The position numbers were made by a program, and so were the translations under genes. From contig CAXXWS020000002.1 in NCBI GenBank assembly GCA_963665325.3, forward strand, positions 224,001-288,000: a stretch of 64,000 bases of DNA, given 5' to 3'. This document shows positions 1 to 10,978 of the stretch, one piece after another. The DNA is from Alphaproteobacteria bacterium (GTDB lineage: Bacteria > Pseudomonadota > Alphaproteobacteria > Bin95). How positions within the stretch are numbered: position 1 is the first letter of the stretch; every line of letters starts with the position of its first letter. Under the pieces are notes generated by a model that worked only from the letters and a program-made list of their open reading frames with translations, made no database searches and was not told the DNA's origin.

Positions 1-70
1 TGCGGCGCTCCTTCGGCGGGGTTGCGGCGGTTGGCGGTAGGGACGATTCTACAACAGTGGGGGAAAACTT

Positions 71-85
71 GGGACAACGGGTCGC
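71..85 (+). promoter_or_regulatory. possible RegA/RegR/PrrA-type box upstream of cox operon
   Basis: GGGAC-AACGG-GTCGC resembles the RegR-type GNG(A/G)C-N5-GNCGC box. A CATAAT -10-like hexamer (85-90) follows. Weak match. Confidence 0.25.
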
Positions 86-188
86 ATAATATGCACGGCC
101 TGCGGCTCTTATTGTCGAGGCGGTCTCTACAAGGCCCGCATTCCGGGCTATGACAGGCCCAGTCGAGGACGTTCGAGGACCATCGACC

Positions 189-2683
<2,495 letters not shown>

Positions 2684-2728
2684 CGCCCGTTCCCGATTCC
2701 CCGCAGCGCCGGAGGTTCTTCCGTCCCC

Positions 2729-3631
2729 GTGAGCGACGCATCCACAGCAGGAACCGCCGGCTTTACGCCGACCGCCAGCGTCGGCGACTATCTTGCGCTG
2801 CTGAAGCCGCGGGTCATGTCGCTGGTCGTATTCACCGGGCTGGTGGGCATGGCCATCGCGCCGGGCTCGCTGCATCCGCTGCTGGCGGCCGTCGCCGTGC
2901 TGTGCATCGCTGCCGGGGCCGGGGCCTCGGGCGCGGTGAACATGTGGTACGACCGCGACATCGACGCCGTGATGGAGCGCACGCGCGCGCGGCCTCTGCC
3001 GCAGGGCCTCATCGAGCCGGACGATGCGCTCGCCTTCGGCATCCTGTTGTCGGTGGGCGCGGTCGGCATGATGGGCCTGGCCGTCAACTGGCTTGCCGCC
3101 GGGCTGCTGGCGCTCACCATCGCCTTCTATGTCTTCGTCTATACCATCTGGCTGAAGCGCCGCACGCCGCAGAACATTGTGATCGGCGGCGCGGCCGGCG
3201 CGTTCCCGCCGGTCATCGGCTGGGCCGCGGTCACGGGCGATCTTGCGCTGACGCCGCTCTGCCTGTTCGCGATCGTGTTCATCTGGACGCCGCCGCATTT
3301 CTGGGCGCTCGCGCTCACCCGCTCGGGCGACTACGCCGCCGCGGGCGTGCCGATGCTGCCGGTGACAGCCGGCGCCAGAGAGACCCGGCGGCAGATCGTG
3401 ATCTACAGTGCGGTGCTGGCGCCGCTCGGCCTCGCGCCCGTGCTTGCGGGCGGACTCGGCTGGCTTTACGGCGCAGCGGCGGCCCTGCTCGGCGTCGAGT
3501 TCCTGCGCCGCGCGGTTGCAGTGTGGCGGCGCGCCGACGATGCAAGCGCGCGGTCGCTGTTCGGCTTCTCGCTCGTCTATCTGGCGGCGCTCTTTTTCGC
3601 CATGCTCGCCGACCGGGCCCTGGGGCTATGA
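2729..3631 (+). CDS. ctaB: protoheme IX farnesyltransferase (heme o synthase)
   Basis: [34 protein letters not shown] and [10 protein letters not shown]; GTG start. Confidence 0.96.
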   Translation: MSDASTAGTAGFTPTASVGDYLALLKPRVMSLVVFTGLVGMAIAPGSLHPLLAAVAVLCIAAGAGASGAVNMWYDRDIDAVMERTRARPLPQGLIEPDDALAFGILLSVGAVGMMGLAVNWLAAGLLALTIAFYVFVYTIWLKRRTPQNIVIGGAAGAFPPVIGWAAVTGDLALTPLCLFAIVFIWTPPHFWALALTRSGDYAAAGVPMLPVTAGARETRRQIVIYSAVLAPLGLAPVLAGGLGWLYGAAAALLGVEFLRRAVAVWRRADDASARSLFGFSLVYLAALFFAMLADRALGL

Positions 3632-3754
3632 ATGGCGGACCTTTCCGAAAGAGAACGCCGCCGGCGCTTCAAGAACCGGGTATTGCTGGCCGTGCTGCTC
3701 GCCTTCGCCGTCATCGTCTATGCGGTGAGCGTGGTGCGGATGGGAGGCGGCTGA
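3632..3754 (+). CDS. small CoxF-like membrane protein (40 aa)
   Basis: Hand-translated MADLSERERRRRFKNRVLLAVLLAFAVIVYAVSVVRMGGG: basic stretch plus one TM helix. Fills the gap between ctaB and ctaG, as in other alphaproteobacterial cox operons. Confidence 0.75.
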   Translation: MADLSERERRRRFKNRVLLAVLLAFAVIVYAVSVVRMGGG

Positions 3755-3757
3755 GCC

Positions 3758-4405
3758 ATGGCTGACCGCCGCCGCAACCGGCGCATCGCCGCCGCCCTCG
3801 TGGCGGTGCCGATGGCAATGGGCGCGCTCGCCTGGGCGTCGGCCCCGCTCTACCGGCTGTTCTGCCAGGTCACCGGCTTCGGTGGCACGCCCGGCATAGC
3901 GGCGGAAGCGCCGCAGGCGGCTGCGGACGCGCCCAGCATCGAGATTCGGTTCAACGCCGACATCGCGCCCGACCTCGACTGGCGTTTCGGCCCGGTCGAG
4001 CGCGCGGTCACGGTCCGGCTCGGCGAGCCGGCGCTCGCCTTCTACCGGGCGGAGAACCTCGGCGAGGAGCCCGTGACCGGCGCGGCGACCTTCAATGTCA
4101 CGCCGCTCAAGGCGGGCGCCTATTTCAGCAAGATCGACTGCTTCTGCTTCACCGAGCAGCGCCTGGGCCCCGGCGAGAGCGCGGACATGCCGGTCTCGTT
4201 CTTCGTCGATCCGGAGATCGCGGACGACCCGAATGTCCGCGATGTCGGGACGATCACGCTGTCCTACACGTTCTTCAGGTCGGAAGAAGAGCCGGAGCCG
4301 AGCCGACAAGAGGCCGACGCCGCCGCGTCAAACGCGGCGAATGTTACGAATGGCGGCGTAAGCGCCGCCGCCCTGACCAACCGGGAGCAGACCCATGGCG
4401 GATAG
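3758..4405 (+). CDS. ctaG: cytochrome c oxidase assembly protein CtaG/Cox11
   Basis: PLYRLFCQVTGFGGT, YFSKIDCFCF copper motif and ITLSYTF. Confidence 0.96.
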   Translation: MADRRRNRRIAAALVAVPMAMGALAWASAPLYRLFCQVTGFGGTPGIAAEAPQAAADAPSIEIRFNADIAPDLDWRFGPVERAVTVRLGEPALAFYRAENLGEEPVTGAATFNVTPLKAGAYFSKIDCFCFTEQRLGPGESADMPVSFFVDPEIADDPNVRDVGTITLSYTFFRSEEEPEPSRQEADAAASNAANVTNGGVSAAALTNREQTHGG

Positions 4406-5213
4406 CCACGTCCAGAAGCACCCCTACCATCTGGTCGATCCGAGCCCCTGGCCGTTAGTCGGCTCCGTCGCGGCCTTCCTCGCGACCATGGGTGGGGTGC
4501 TCTTCATGCATGACGGAGTGGTGTGGGTCATGGCGCTCGGCCTGGTCCTCATCCTTGCCACCATGGCCGTGTGGTGGCGCGACGTGATCCGCGAGGCCGA
4601 GCATGAGGGCCACCACACCCCGCCCGTGCAGATCGGGCTGCGCTTCGGCATGGCGTTGTTCATCGCCTCAGAGGTGATGTTCTTCTCGGCATTCTTCTGG
4701 GCGTTCTTCGACGGCGCGCTGTTCTTCGGCGCGGAGGAGATGCCGGGCCGCATCGAGGCGACGGGCGGCGTCTGGCCGCCGACCGGCATCGTTCCGTTCG
4801 AGGCGTTCGGGCTGCCGTTCCTGAACACGCTGATCCTGCTGCTTTCCGGCGTCACCGTTACCTGGGCGCACCACTCGCTGCTGCATGGCGACCGGGCGGG
4901 GCTGATCCAGGGGCTTGCGTGCACCGTCGCGCTCGGCGTGCTGTTCACGGGCTGCCAGGTCTTCGAGTACAGCCATGCCGCCTTCGGCTTCCGCGAGGGC
5001 ATCTATCCCTCGGCCTTCTTCATGGCGACGGGCTTCCACGGCTTCCATGTCATCATCGGCACCTGCTTCCTGACGGTCTGCCTGTTCCGGGCGATCAAGG
5101 GCCATTTCCGGACCGACCACCATTTCGGCTTCGAGGCGGCGGCCTGGTACTGGCATTTCGTCGATGTCGTCTGGCTGTTCCTGTTCTCGGTCGTCTATAT
5201 CTGGGGCAGCTAG
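4395..5213 (+). CDS. coxC: cytochrome c oxidase subunit III
   Basis: HPYHLVDPSPWP, ATGFHGFHVIIG and AAWYWHFVDVVW. Confidence 0.98.
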   Translation: MADSHVQKHPYHLVDPSPWPLVGSVAAFLATMGGVLFMHDGVVWVMALGLVLILATMAVWWRDVIREAEHEGHHTPPVQIGLRFGMALFIASEVMFFSAFFWAFFDGALFFGAEEMPGRIEATGGVWPPTGIVPFEAFGLPFLNTLILLLSGVTVTWAHHSLLHGDRAGLIQGLACTVALGVLFTGCQVFEYSHAAFGFREGIYPSAFFMATGFHGFHVIIGTCFLTVCLFRAIKGHFRTDHHFGFEAAAWYWHFVDVVWLFLFSVVYIWGS

Positions 5214-5216
5214 GCC

Positions 5217-5888
5217 ATTCGGCGGCGCATCCCGTTCATCCTGTTCGTCCTGCCGGCGCTCGCGGTCCTGATCGGCCTCGGCGTCTGGCAACTCGACCGG
5301 CGGGAGTGGAAGCGGGAGCTGATCGACAGGGCGGCCGCGCGCCTCGCCGAACCTCCGCTCACCGCGCTCGCCGGCATCGGCACCGGCGATGCCTGGCGGC
5401 GCGTCAGGCTGGAAGGCTCCTGGGAAGGGCCTGAACTGCTGCTCCAGAGCCGGACATGGCACGGGCGCGCGGGCTTTGACGTGCTGGCGACCTTCCGGCC
5501 CTCGGAAGCGGCGGTGTCGGTGCTGGTCAACCGGGGATGGGTGGAGCCCGCCCGCAGCGCGCCGGACTCGCGTGCGCCGCCGTCGGCAGCGCTTGAAGGG
5601 GCGGTGCGGTTTCCGAGCGAGCCCGGCAGTCTCGCCGTCGATAACGACCCGGAGCGCGGGATCTGGTTCCATATCGACCCCCAGGCCGTCGCGGCGCATC
5701 TCGGCCGCCCGCTCGTGCCCTTCTACATCCAAGCCGTGCCCGCCGCCGGCGGACCGGACTGGCCGCGTGCCCGTCCGCCGGAGCCGCGCTTCCGCAACGA
5801 CCATCTGCAATATGCGCTTACCTGGTTTGCGCTCGCCGGGGCGCTGGCTATCCTCTACCTGGTCTGGCGCCGCCGGGCGGGAAGGTAA
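5217..5888 (+). CDS. SURF1/Surf1-family cytochrome oxidase assembly protein (start uncertain, probably non-canonical)
   Basis: LGVWQLDRREWK, VLVNRGWV and NDHLQYALTWFALA SURF1 motifs. The frame is open from 5214 but has no ATG/GTG/TTG before 5481; ATT 5217 is proposed. Confidence 0.85.
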   Translation: MRRRIPFILFVLPALAVLIGLGVWQLDRREWKRELIDRAAARLAEPPLTALAGIGTGDAWRRVRLEGSWEGPELLLQSRTWHGRAGFDVLATFRPSEAAVSVLVNRGWVEPARSAPDSRAPPSAALEGAVRFPSEPGSLAVDNDPERGIWFHIDPQAVAAHLGRPLVPFYIQAVPAAGGPDWPRARPPEPRFRNDHLQYALTWFALAGALAILYLVWRRRAGR

Positions 5889-5909
5889 GGACCGAGATGA
5901 GAGAACGGG

Positions 5910-7250
5910 ATGTCCCGCCAGCTTCGCCTTAACCTGTTCGTCCACAGCCGCGGCCATCACGAGGCGTCCTGGCGCCATCCCGAGGCCTCGCCGCTTGCGC
6001 TGACGGACTTCGAATTCCATCGGGAACTTGCCTGCAAGGCGGAAGACGCGGCGTTCGACTCGATCTTCCTGGCGGACAGCCTCTCCATGTCCAGCGAGGT
6101 GACGCACACGGCGCGCAGCTGGCTGGAGCCGGTCACGCTCCTGGGCGCGCTCGCCGCGGCGACCTCGAAGATCGGACTGATCGCGACGGCCTCGACCACC
6201 TATACCGAGCCTTTCAACCTCGCCCGCCAATTCGCCTCGCTTGACCACATCAGCAACGGGCGCATCGGCTGGAACATCGTGACCTCCTGGTCGGTCGCCG
6301 CGGCGCACAATTACGGCGACGACATCCAGGTGAGCCACGCCGACCGCTATGCCCGCGCCGAGGAATATATGACGGTCGCCAAGGCGCTCTGGGACAGCTG
6401 GGCCGACGACGCCGTGCTCGACGACCGGCCGGCGGGCCGCTATGCGAAGCCCGGTAGCATCCATGCGACCGACCACGCCGGGGAGCATTACAGGGTCGCC
6501 GGGCCGTTGAATGTGCCCCGGTGTCCGCAGGGGCGACCGGTCTTCGTGCAGGCGGGCTCGTCGGAGACAGGGCGCGATTTCGCCGCCCGCCACGCCGAGG
6601 TGGTGTTCACCGCGCAGCTGGAGAAGGCGACGGCGCAGGCCTTCTATGCCGACCTGAAGGCGCGGGCGGCGAGGGCCGGGCGCGATCCCGACCGGGTGGC
6701 GATCCTGCCGGGGTTCAGCCCCCTCATTGCGGACACCCAGGAGGAGGCGGAGCGCCTCGTTCTGGAGTTGAACGGCCTGGCCGACCCGGAGGTCGGCAGG
6801 CGGCGGCTTTCCGGACGCTTCGGCGGCTTCGATTTCAGCCATCTCGAATTGGACCGGGCGCTGACGGCGGCGGACTTCCCCGACCCCGATACGGTCGAGG
6901 CGGCGCGAAGCCGGGCGGCGACGATCGTGGGCCTGGTCGAGCGCGAACGCCCGACCTTGCGCCAATTGCTGGCGAAGCTCGCCGGCGCGCGCGGCCACTA
7001 CACTTTCGCCGGCACGCCGGAGCAGACGGCGGACTTCATGGAGGAGTGGCTGGGCGACGGCGCTGCGGACGGCTTCAACCTGATGCCGCCCGTGCTGCCC
7101 TGGATGCTGGACGCCTTCATCGAGCGGGTCCTGCCGATTCTGCGCGAACGGGGCCTCTTCCGCGAGGCATATTCAGGCGACACGCTCCGCGCTCATTACG
7201 GCCTCGCCCGGCCTGCAGCCGAAGTTCCGCCGGCCGCCCGGCCGATCTAG
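5910..7250 (+). CDS. NtaA/DmoA/SoxA-family FMN-dependent luciferase-like monooxygenase
   Basis: FDSIFLAD, IGLIATASTTYTEPFNLARQFASLDHISNGRIGWNIVTS, QGRPVFVQAGSS and DGFNL. Confidence 0.92.
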   Translation: MSRQLRLNLFVHSRGHHEASWRHPEASPLALTDFEFHRELACKAEDAAFDSIFLADSLSMSSEVTHTARSWLEPVTLLGALAAATSKIGLIATASTTYTEPFNLARQFASLDHISNGRIGWNIVTSWSVAAAHNYGDDIQVSHADRYARAEEYMTVAKALWDSWADDAVLDDRPAGRYAKPGSIHATDHAGEHYRVAGPLNVPRCPQGRPVFVQAGSSETGRDFAARHAEVVFTAQLEKATAQAFYADLKARAARAGRDPDRVAILPGFSPLIADTQEEAERLVLELNGLADPEVGRRRLSGRFGGFDFSHLELDRALTAADFPDPDTVEAARSRAATIVGLVERERPTLRQLLAKLAGARGHYTFAGTPEQTADFMEEWLGDGAADGFNLMPPVLPWMLDAFIERVLPILRERGLFREAYSGDTLRAHYGLARPAAEVPPAARPI

Positions 7251-7273
7251 CCCGAAGCAGGAGGAGCAACGCC

Positions 7274-8164
7274 ATGAGCGTCACCCCCATCGCCTTCTAC
7301 TCCGAGGGCTTCAAGCTGATGGGTGACCTTTACCGCCCGGACGGCCTCGCGCCGGGAGAGCGGCGGGCGGGCATCGTGCTTTGCCACGGCTATACCGGGG
7401 TGAAGGACCTTTACCTGCCGGACAATGCCCGTGTGCTCAACGAGGCCGGCTATGTCGTGCTCGCTTTCGACTACAAGGGCTGGGGCGAGAGCGAGGGGCC
7501 GCGCACGCGCCTGGCGCCCTACAGCCGGGTGGCGGACGTGCAGGCGGCGCTGACCTTCCTCGGCGCGCAGGAGGAAGTGGACGAGGCGCGGCTCGGCATC
7601 TACGGCACCAGCTACGGAGGCGCCACGGTGGTGTGGACCGGCGCGGTGGACCGGCGGGTGAAGTGCGTCGTCAGCGTGGTCGGCATCGGCCACGGCGAGC
7701 GGTGGATGCGCAGCGTGCGCCGGCCGGATGAGTGGTTCGACCTGCTGGAACGCTCCGCCGGGGACCGGGTGAAGCGCGCCATTGAGGGCGAGTCGGAGTG
7801 GGTCGAGCGGAGCGAGGTGCTGCTGCCGGACCGGCAGTCGGCGGAGCTCGCCGCCGCCGCGCGCCGCGATATTCCCTCGGCCCTCAACACGCTGCCGCTC
7901 GAATATGTGGACGAGACGCTGGGCTTCCATCCGGAATGGATCGTGGACAGGATCGCGCCCCGCCCGGTGCTCTTCATCGCCACCGACGACGACCGGCTGG
8001 TGCCGCCGGAGGAGTCGCAGGCGCTCTACGAGAAGGCCGGCGAGCCGAAGAAACTGGTCGTGCTCAAGGGCTACGGCCACTACGAGGTCTATGTGGACCC
8101 CGCCTTCACCGAGGTCATGGACGAAACCGTTGCCTGGTTCCGGGAGCACCTGCCGGCGGAGTAG
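7274..8164 (+). CDS. alpha/beta hydrolase (FrsA/S9-S15-like)
   Basis: LCHGYTG, FDYKGWGESEG, nucleophile elbow GTSYGG, D in TDDDRLVP and H in GHYEVY; RBS GGAGGAG upstream. Confidence 0.88.
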   Translation: MSVTPIAFYSEGFKLMGDLYRPDGLAPGERRAGIVLCHGYTGVKDLYLPDNARVLNEAGYVVLAFDYKGWGESEGPRTRLAPYSRVADVQAALTFLGAQEEVDEARLGIYGTSYGGATVVWTGAVDRRVKCVVSVVGIGHGERWMRSVRRPDEWFDLLERSAGDRVKRAIEGESEWVERSEVLLPDRQSAELAAAARRDIPSALNTLPLEYVDETLGFHPEWIVDRIAPRPVLFIATDDDRLVPPEESQALYEKAGEPKKLVVLKGYGHYEVYVDPAFTEVMDETVAWFREHLPAE

Positions 8165-8273
8165 GGGGCGGTTGCCGACCTTACCTTTCGGCTTGGAGGG
8201 TGCAAAAGGACCGCGTTACCTTTATGTCTGCGGATCGCACCAGGGAGAACGGGCGTTTGGCAGGAGCCCTGCG

Positions 8274-8747
8274 ATGACCGATGTTCCGATATCGGATGGA
8301 GAGCTCGACGCCATGCGTTCGGAGCCCAAGCGGGTTACGAATCCACAGGCGCGTTGGCACGAAAAGCCGGGGGGCAACCAGCAGAAGAATTTCAATCTGG
8401 TTGCCGGGCATGACGATGCGAAGAGGTTTCGTCTCTATCTCCGGCAGAACCTTGATGACGAACAGGACTTCTCATGCGGTCTTGCGCTGGTCCAACCGGG
8501 CGGAAAGCCGGTCAGCCTTGTCCGGTATAACGGTTCCAGCCATCGGCATGGCGATATCCTGTTTCATTGCCATATCCATCGAGCTACGGAAGAAGCGAAT
8601 ATGGCGGGGAAAAAGATCGACAGCCATGCTGAAGCGACGGACGGTTACAAGACCTTGGACGGTGCATTGGCCTGCCTGATCGACGACTGCGGCGTTGAAG
8701 GAATCTTGGCTTCGCACGACACACGGGACTTGTTCGATGACCATTGA
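8274..8747 (+). CDS. hypothetical protein, DUF6978-like (His-rich motif LVRYNGSSH...HCHIH)
   Basis: 157-aa ORF with AGGAG RBS and AT-richer codons; overlaps the next gene. Its layout resembles the small proteins usually found upstream of DUF1828 genes. Confidence 0.7.
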   Translation: MTDVPISDGELDAMRSEPKRVTNPQARWHEKPGGNQQKNFNLVAGHDDAKRFRLYLRQNLDDEQDFSCGLALVQPGGKPVSLVRYNGSSHRHGDILFHCHIHRATEEANMAGKKIDSHAEATDGYKTLDGALACLIDDCGVEGILASHDTRDLFDDH

Positions 8748-9519
8748 CGCCCTGTTGCTGGAGAAGTCCCTGTGCGAACGCCTGTGCGCGACTGTGACCG
8801 TTCATGAGCGCCCGGACGGAACCATCATGATCGATACTCCGTTCACATTTCCAGACGGAGACAGTTATCCGATTTATCTTTCCGGAACGCGCTATGGCAA
8901 AGTGGTCCTCAGTGATCGGGGCCATACCATGTTGCACATCAGCTACGAAAACGATGTGGATATGTTTTACGAGGGCCAGCGATCCGTTCTGCGGGAAAAG
9001 ATTGTAAAGGAAGCTGGAATCGATGAGGATAGAGGGATTTTTTCTGTTGAAACCACGCCCGACCGAATTGCCGACTCCTTGTTCGATCTCGGGCAGGCGC
9101 TGACGCGAATATACGACTTGACATTTCTCAACAGGGAACGTGTCAACTCGACTTTCTATGAAGACTTGAAGTCCTTGTTGTTCACTATAGTCGACGAAGA
9201 TGGTGCAGAGAGGGATTACATTCCTTCAGACGTGCCCGATGGAAGCAACTATCCGGTGGATTACCGGATCGAAGGCAAGGATGGGATACCGATTTTCCTA
9301 TACGGTGTGCCGAACAGGGACAAGGCGCGACTGACAACCATTACGCTGTCGCATTTCCTGCTCAATGATCTGCATTTCAGTTCAGTTATCGTATTCCGGG
9401 ACCAGAGGGAGATTCCGTCATTCGACCTCGCTCGTTTGACCAATGTCTCGGATACTGCCGTAGCGTCGCTTGAGGCGGAACGGGATTTTCGGCGGAAGAT
9501 CGAACGAATCGCCGCGTAG
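8737..9519 (+). CDS. DUF1828-domain protein (C-terminal DUF1829-like region)
   Basis: N-terminal IDTPFTFPDGDSYPIYL...VVLSDRGHTM matches the DUF1828 pattern; C-terminal YPVDYRIE segment; lower GC. Confidence 0.75.
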   Translation: MTIDALLLEKSLCERLCATVTVHERPDGTIMIDTPFTFPDGDSYPIYLSGTRYGKVVLSDRGHTMLHISYENDVDMFYEGQRSVLREKIVKEAGIDEDRGIFSVETTPDRIADSLFDLGQALTRIYDLTFLNRERVNSTFYEDLKSLLFTIVDEDGAERDYIPSDVPDGSNYPVDYRIEGKDGIPIFLYGVPNRDKARLTTITLSHFLLNDLHFSSVIVFRDQREIPSFDLARLTNVSDTAVASLEAERDFRRKIERIAA

Positions 9520-9595
9520 TGCGTAAACCAGGGAAGACGGCGATGAACGGCGGTTTTGCAGCCCGGCGCGGCGGCGGGCGGGGCGAGGGGTGACG

Positions 9596-10978
9596 ATGCG
9601 CTATCTCAGCACGCGCGGCGAGGCGGCGGCGCGGGACTTTTCCGGCGTCCTGCTGAGCGGCCTCGCGGAGGATGGCGGCCTCTGGCAGCCGGCGGAATGG
9701 CCCCGGCTGGACGAGGCCGCGCGTGCGCCGGGCGCGGGCTATGCGGAGCGGGCCTTTGCGGTCACCCACCCGTTCGCGGCGGGTGCGCTGGAGGCGGCGG
9801 ACTGGCGGGTCCTGATGGGCGATGTCTATGCCGGCTTTCGCCACCGCGCGGTCGCGCCGCTCGTGCAGCTCGACACAAATCTGTGGCTGATGGAGCTCTT
9901 CCACGGGCCGACATTCGCCTTCAAGGACCTGGCGATGCAGGCGCTTGGGCGACTGTTCGATCTTGTGCTGAAGGCGCGCGGCGAGCGCATCACCATTATC
10001 GGCGCGACCTCGGGCGACACGGGTGCGGCGGCGGTCGAGGCTGTTCGCGGGCTGGAGACCATCGACCTCGTCATGCTCTATCCGCACGGGCGCATCTCGG
10101 ATGTGCAGCGCCGGCAGATGACAACGGTCGAGGCGCCCAACATCCACACGGTGGCGCTCGAAGGCACGTTCGACGACTGCCAGGATCTGGTGAAGGCGCT
10201 GTTCGCCGACACCCGGCTCAGCGAGGAATGGCGCTTCGCCGCCGTAAACTCGATCAACTGGGCCCGCGTCATGGTCCAGACGGTCTATTACGTCCATGCG
10301 GCGGCCCAACTGGGCGGCGGGCCGGTGGCCTTCGCCGTGCCGAGCGGCAATTTCGGCAATGTCTATGCGGGCTATGCCGCGCGCGAAATGGGCCTCGACG
10401 CGCCGCGCTTCATCGTGGGCTCGAACAGCAATGACATCCTCGCGCGCTTCTTCGAGGCGGGCGACATGTCCACCCGACCGGTGACGCCAAGTTGGTCGCC
10501 CTCCATGGACATCCAGGTGTCCAGCAATTTCGAGCGCCTGCTGCACGACCTGCTGGGCCGCGACGGCCGGGCCGTCGCCCGGCATATGGCCGCCTTCCGG
10601 CAGAGCGGGCGGCTGCCGCTCGACGAAGCGCGCTGGCAGGCGGCGCAGGGGCTGTTCCGGGGCCATGCGGTGGACGACGAGGGCACGCTCGCGCAGATCG
10701 CCCGCACCCACGCCGAGACCGGCATGACCGTCGATCCGCACACGGCCGTCGGCATTGCGGCGGCGCTAGCATTGCGCCAGCCCGATATACCGACGGTTGC
10801 GCTGGCGACTGCCCATCCGGCCAAGTTTCCCGACGCCGTGGAACGCGCCATCGGCCGCCGCCCGCCGCTGCCCGATGCGCTCGCCGAACAGGCTGGACGC
10901 CCCGAGCGGGCGGAGCGGATGGCGAACGACCTCGGCCTTCTCAAGACCTTCATTCGCGAAAGGGTGCGCCGGCCATGA
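9596..10978 (+). CDS. thrC: threonine synthase
   Basis: MRYLSTRG, GLAEDGGL, ELFHGPTFAFKD (PLP Lys), ATSGDTG, NSINWARV and ATAHPAKFP. Confidence 0.97.
   Translation: MRYLSTRGEAAARDFSGVLLSGLAEDGGLWQPAEWPRLDEAARAPGAGYAERAFAVTHPFAAGALEAADWRVLMGDVYAGFRHRAVAPLVQLDTNLWLMELFHGPTFAFKDLAMQALGRLFDLVLKARGERITIIGATSGDTGAAAVEAVRGLETIDLVMLYPHGRISDVQRRQMTTVEAPNIHTVALEGTFDDCQDLVKALFADTRLSEEWRFAAVNSINWARVMVQTVYYVHAAAQLGGGPVAFAVPSGNFGNVYAGYAAREMGLDAPRFIVGSNSNDILARFFEAGDMSTRPVTPSWSPSMDIQVSSNFERLLHDLLGRDGRAVARHMAAFRQSGRLPLDEARWQAAQGLFRGHAVDDEGTLAQIARTHAETGMTVDPHTAVGIAAALALRQPDIPTVALATAHPAKFPDAVERAIGRRPPLPDALAEQAGRPERAERMANDLGLLKTFIRERVRRP

Noticed and set aside
6521-7273. Long N-terminal extensions in the ORF track (6521, 7782, 10492, 14508, 19707, 30268, 40002, 52077)
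   Set aside because: They overlap upstream genes in another frame; real starts lie downstream at RBS or ATGA-coupled codons, so these are not fusions.
8281-8937. Alternative overlapping ORFs in the low-GC module (8281-8679 +, 8472-8744 -, 8584-8937 -)
   Set aside because: No motifs or RBS; the 8274 and 8737 frames explain the region and are translationally coupled.
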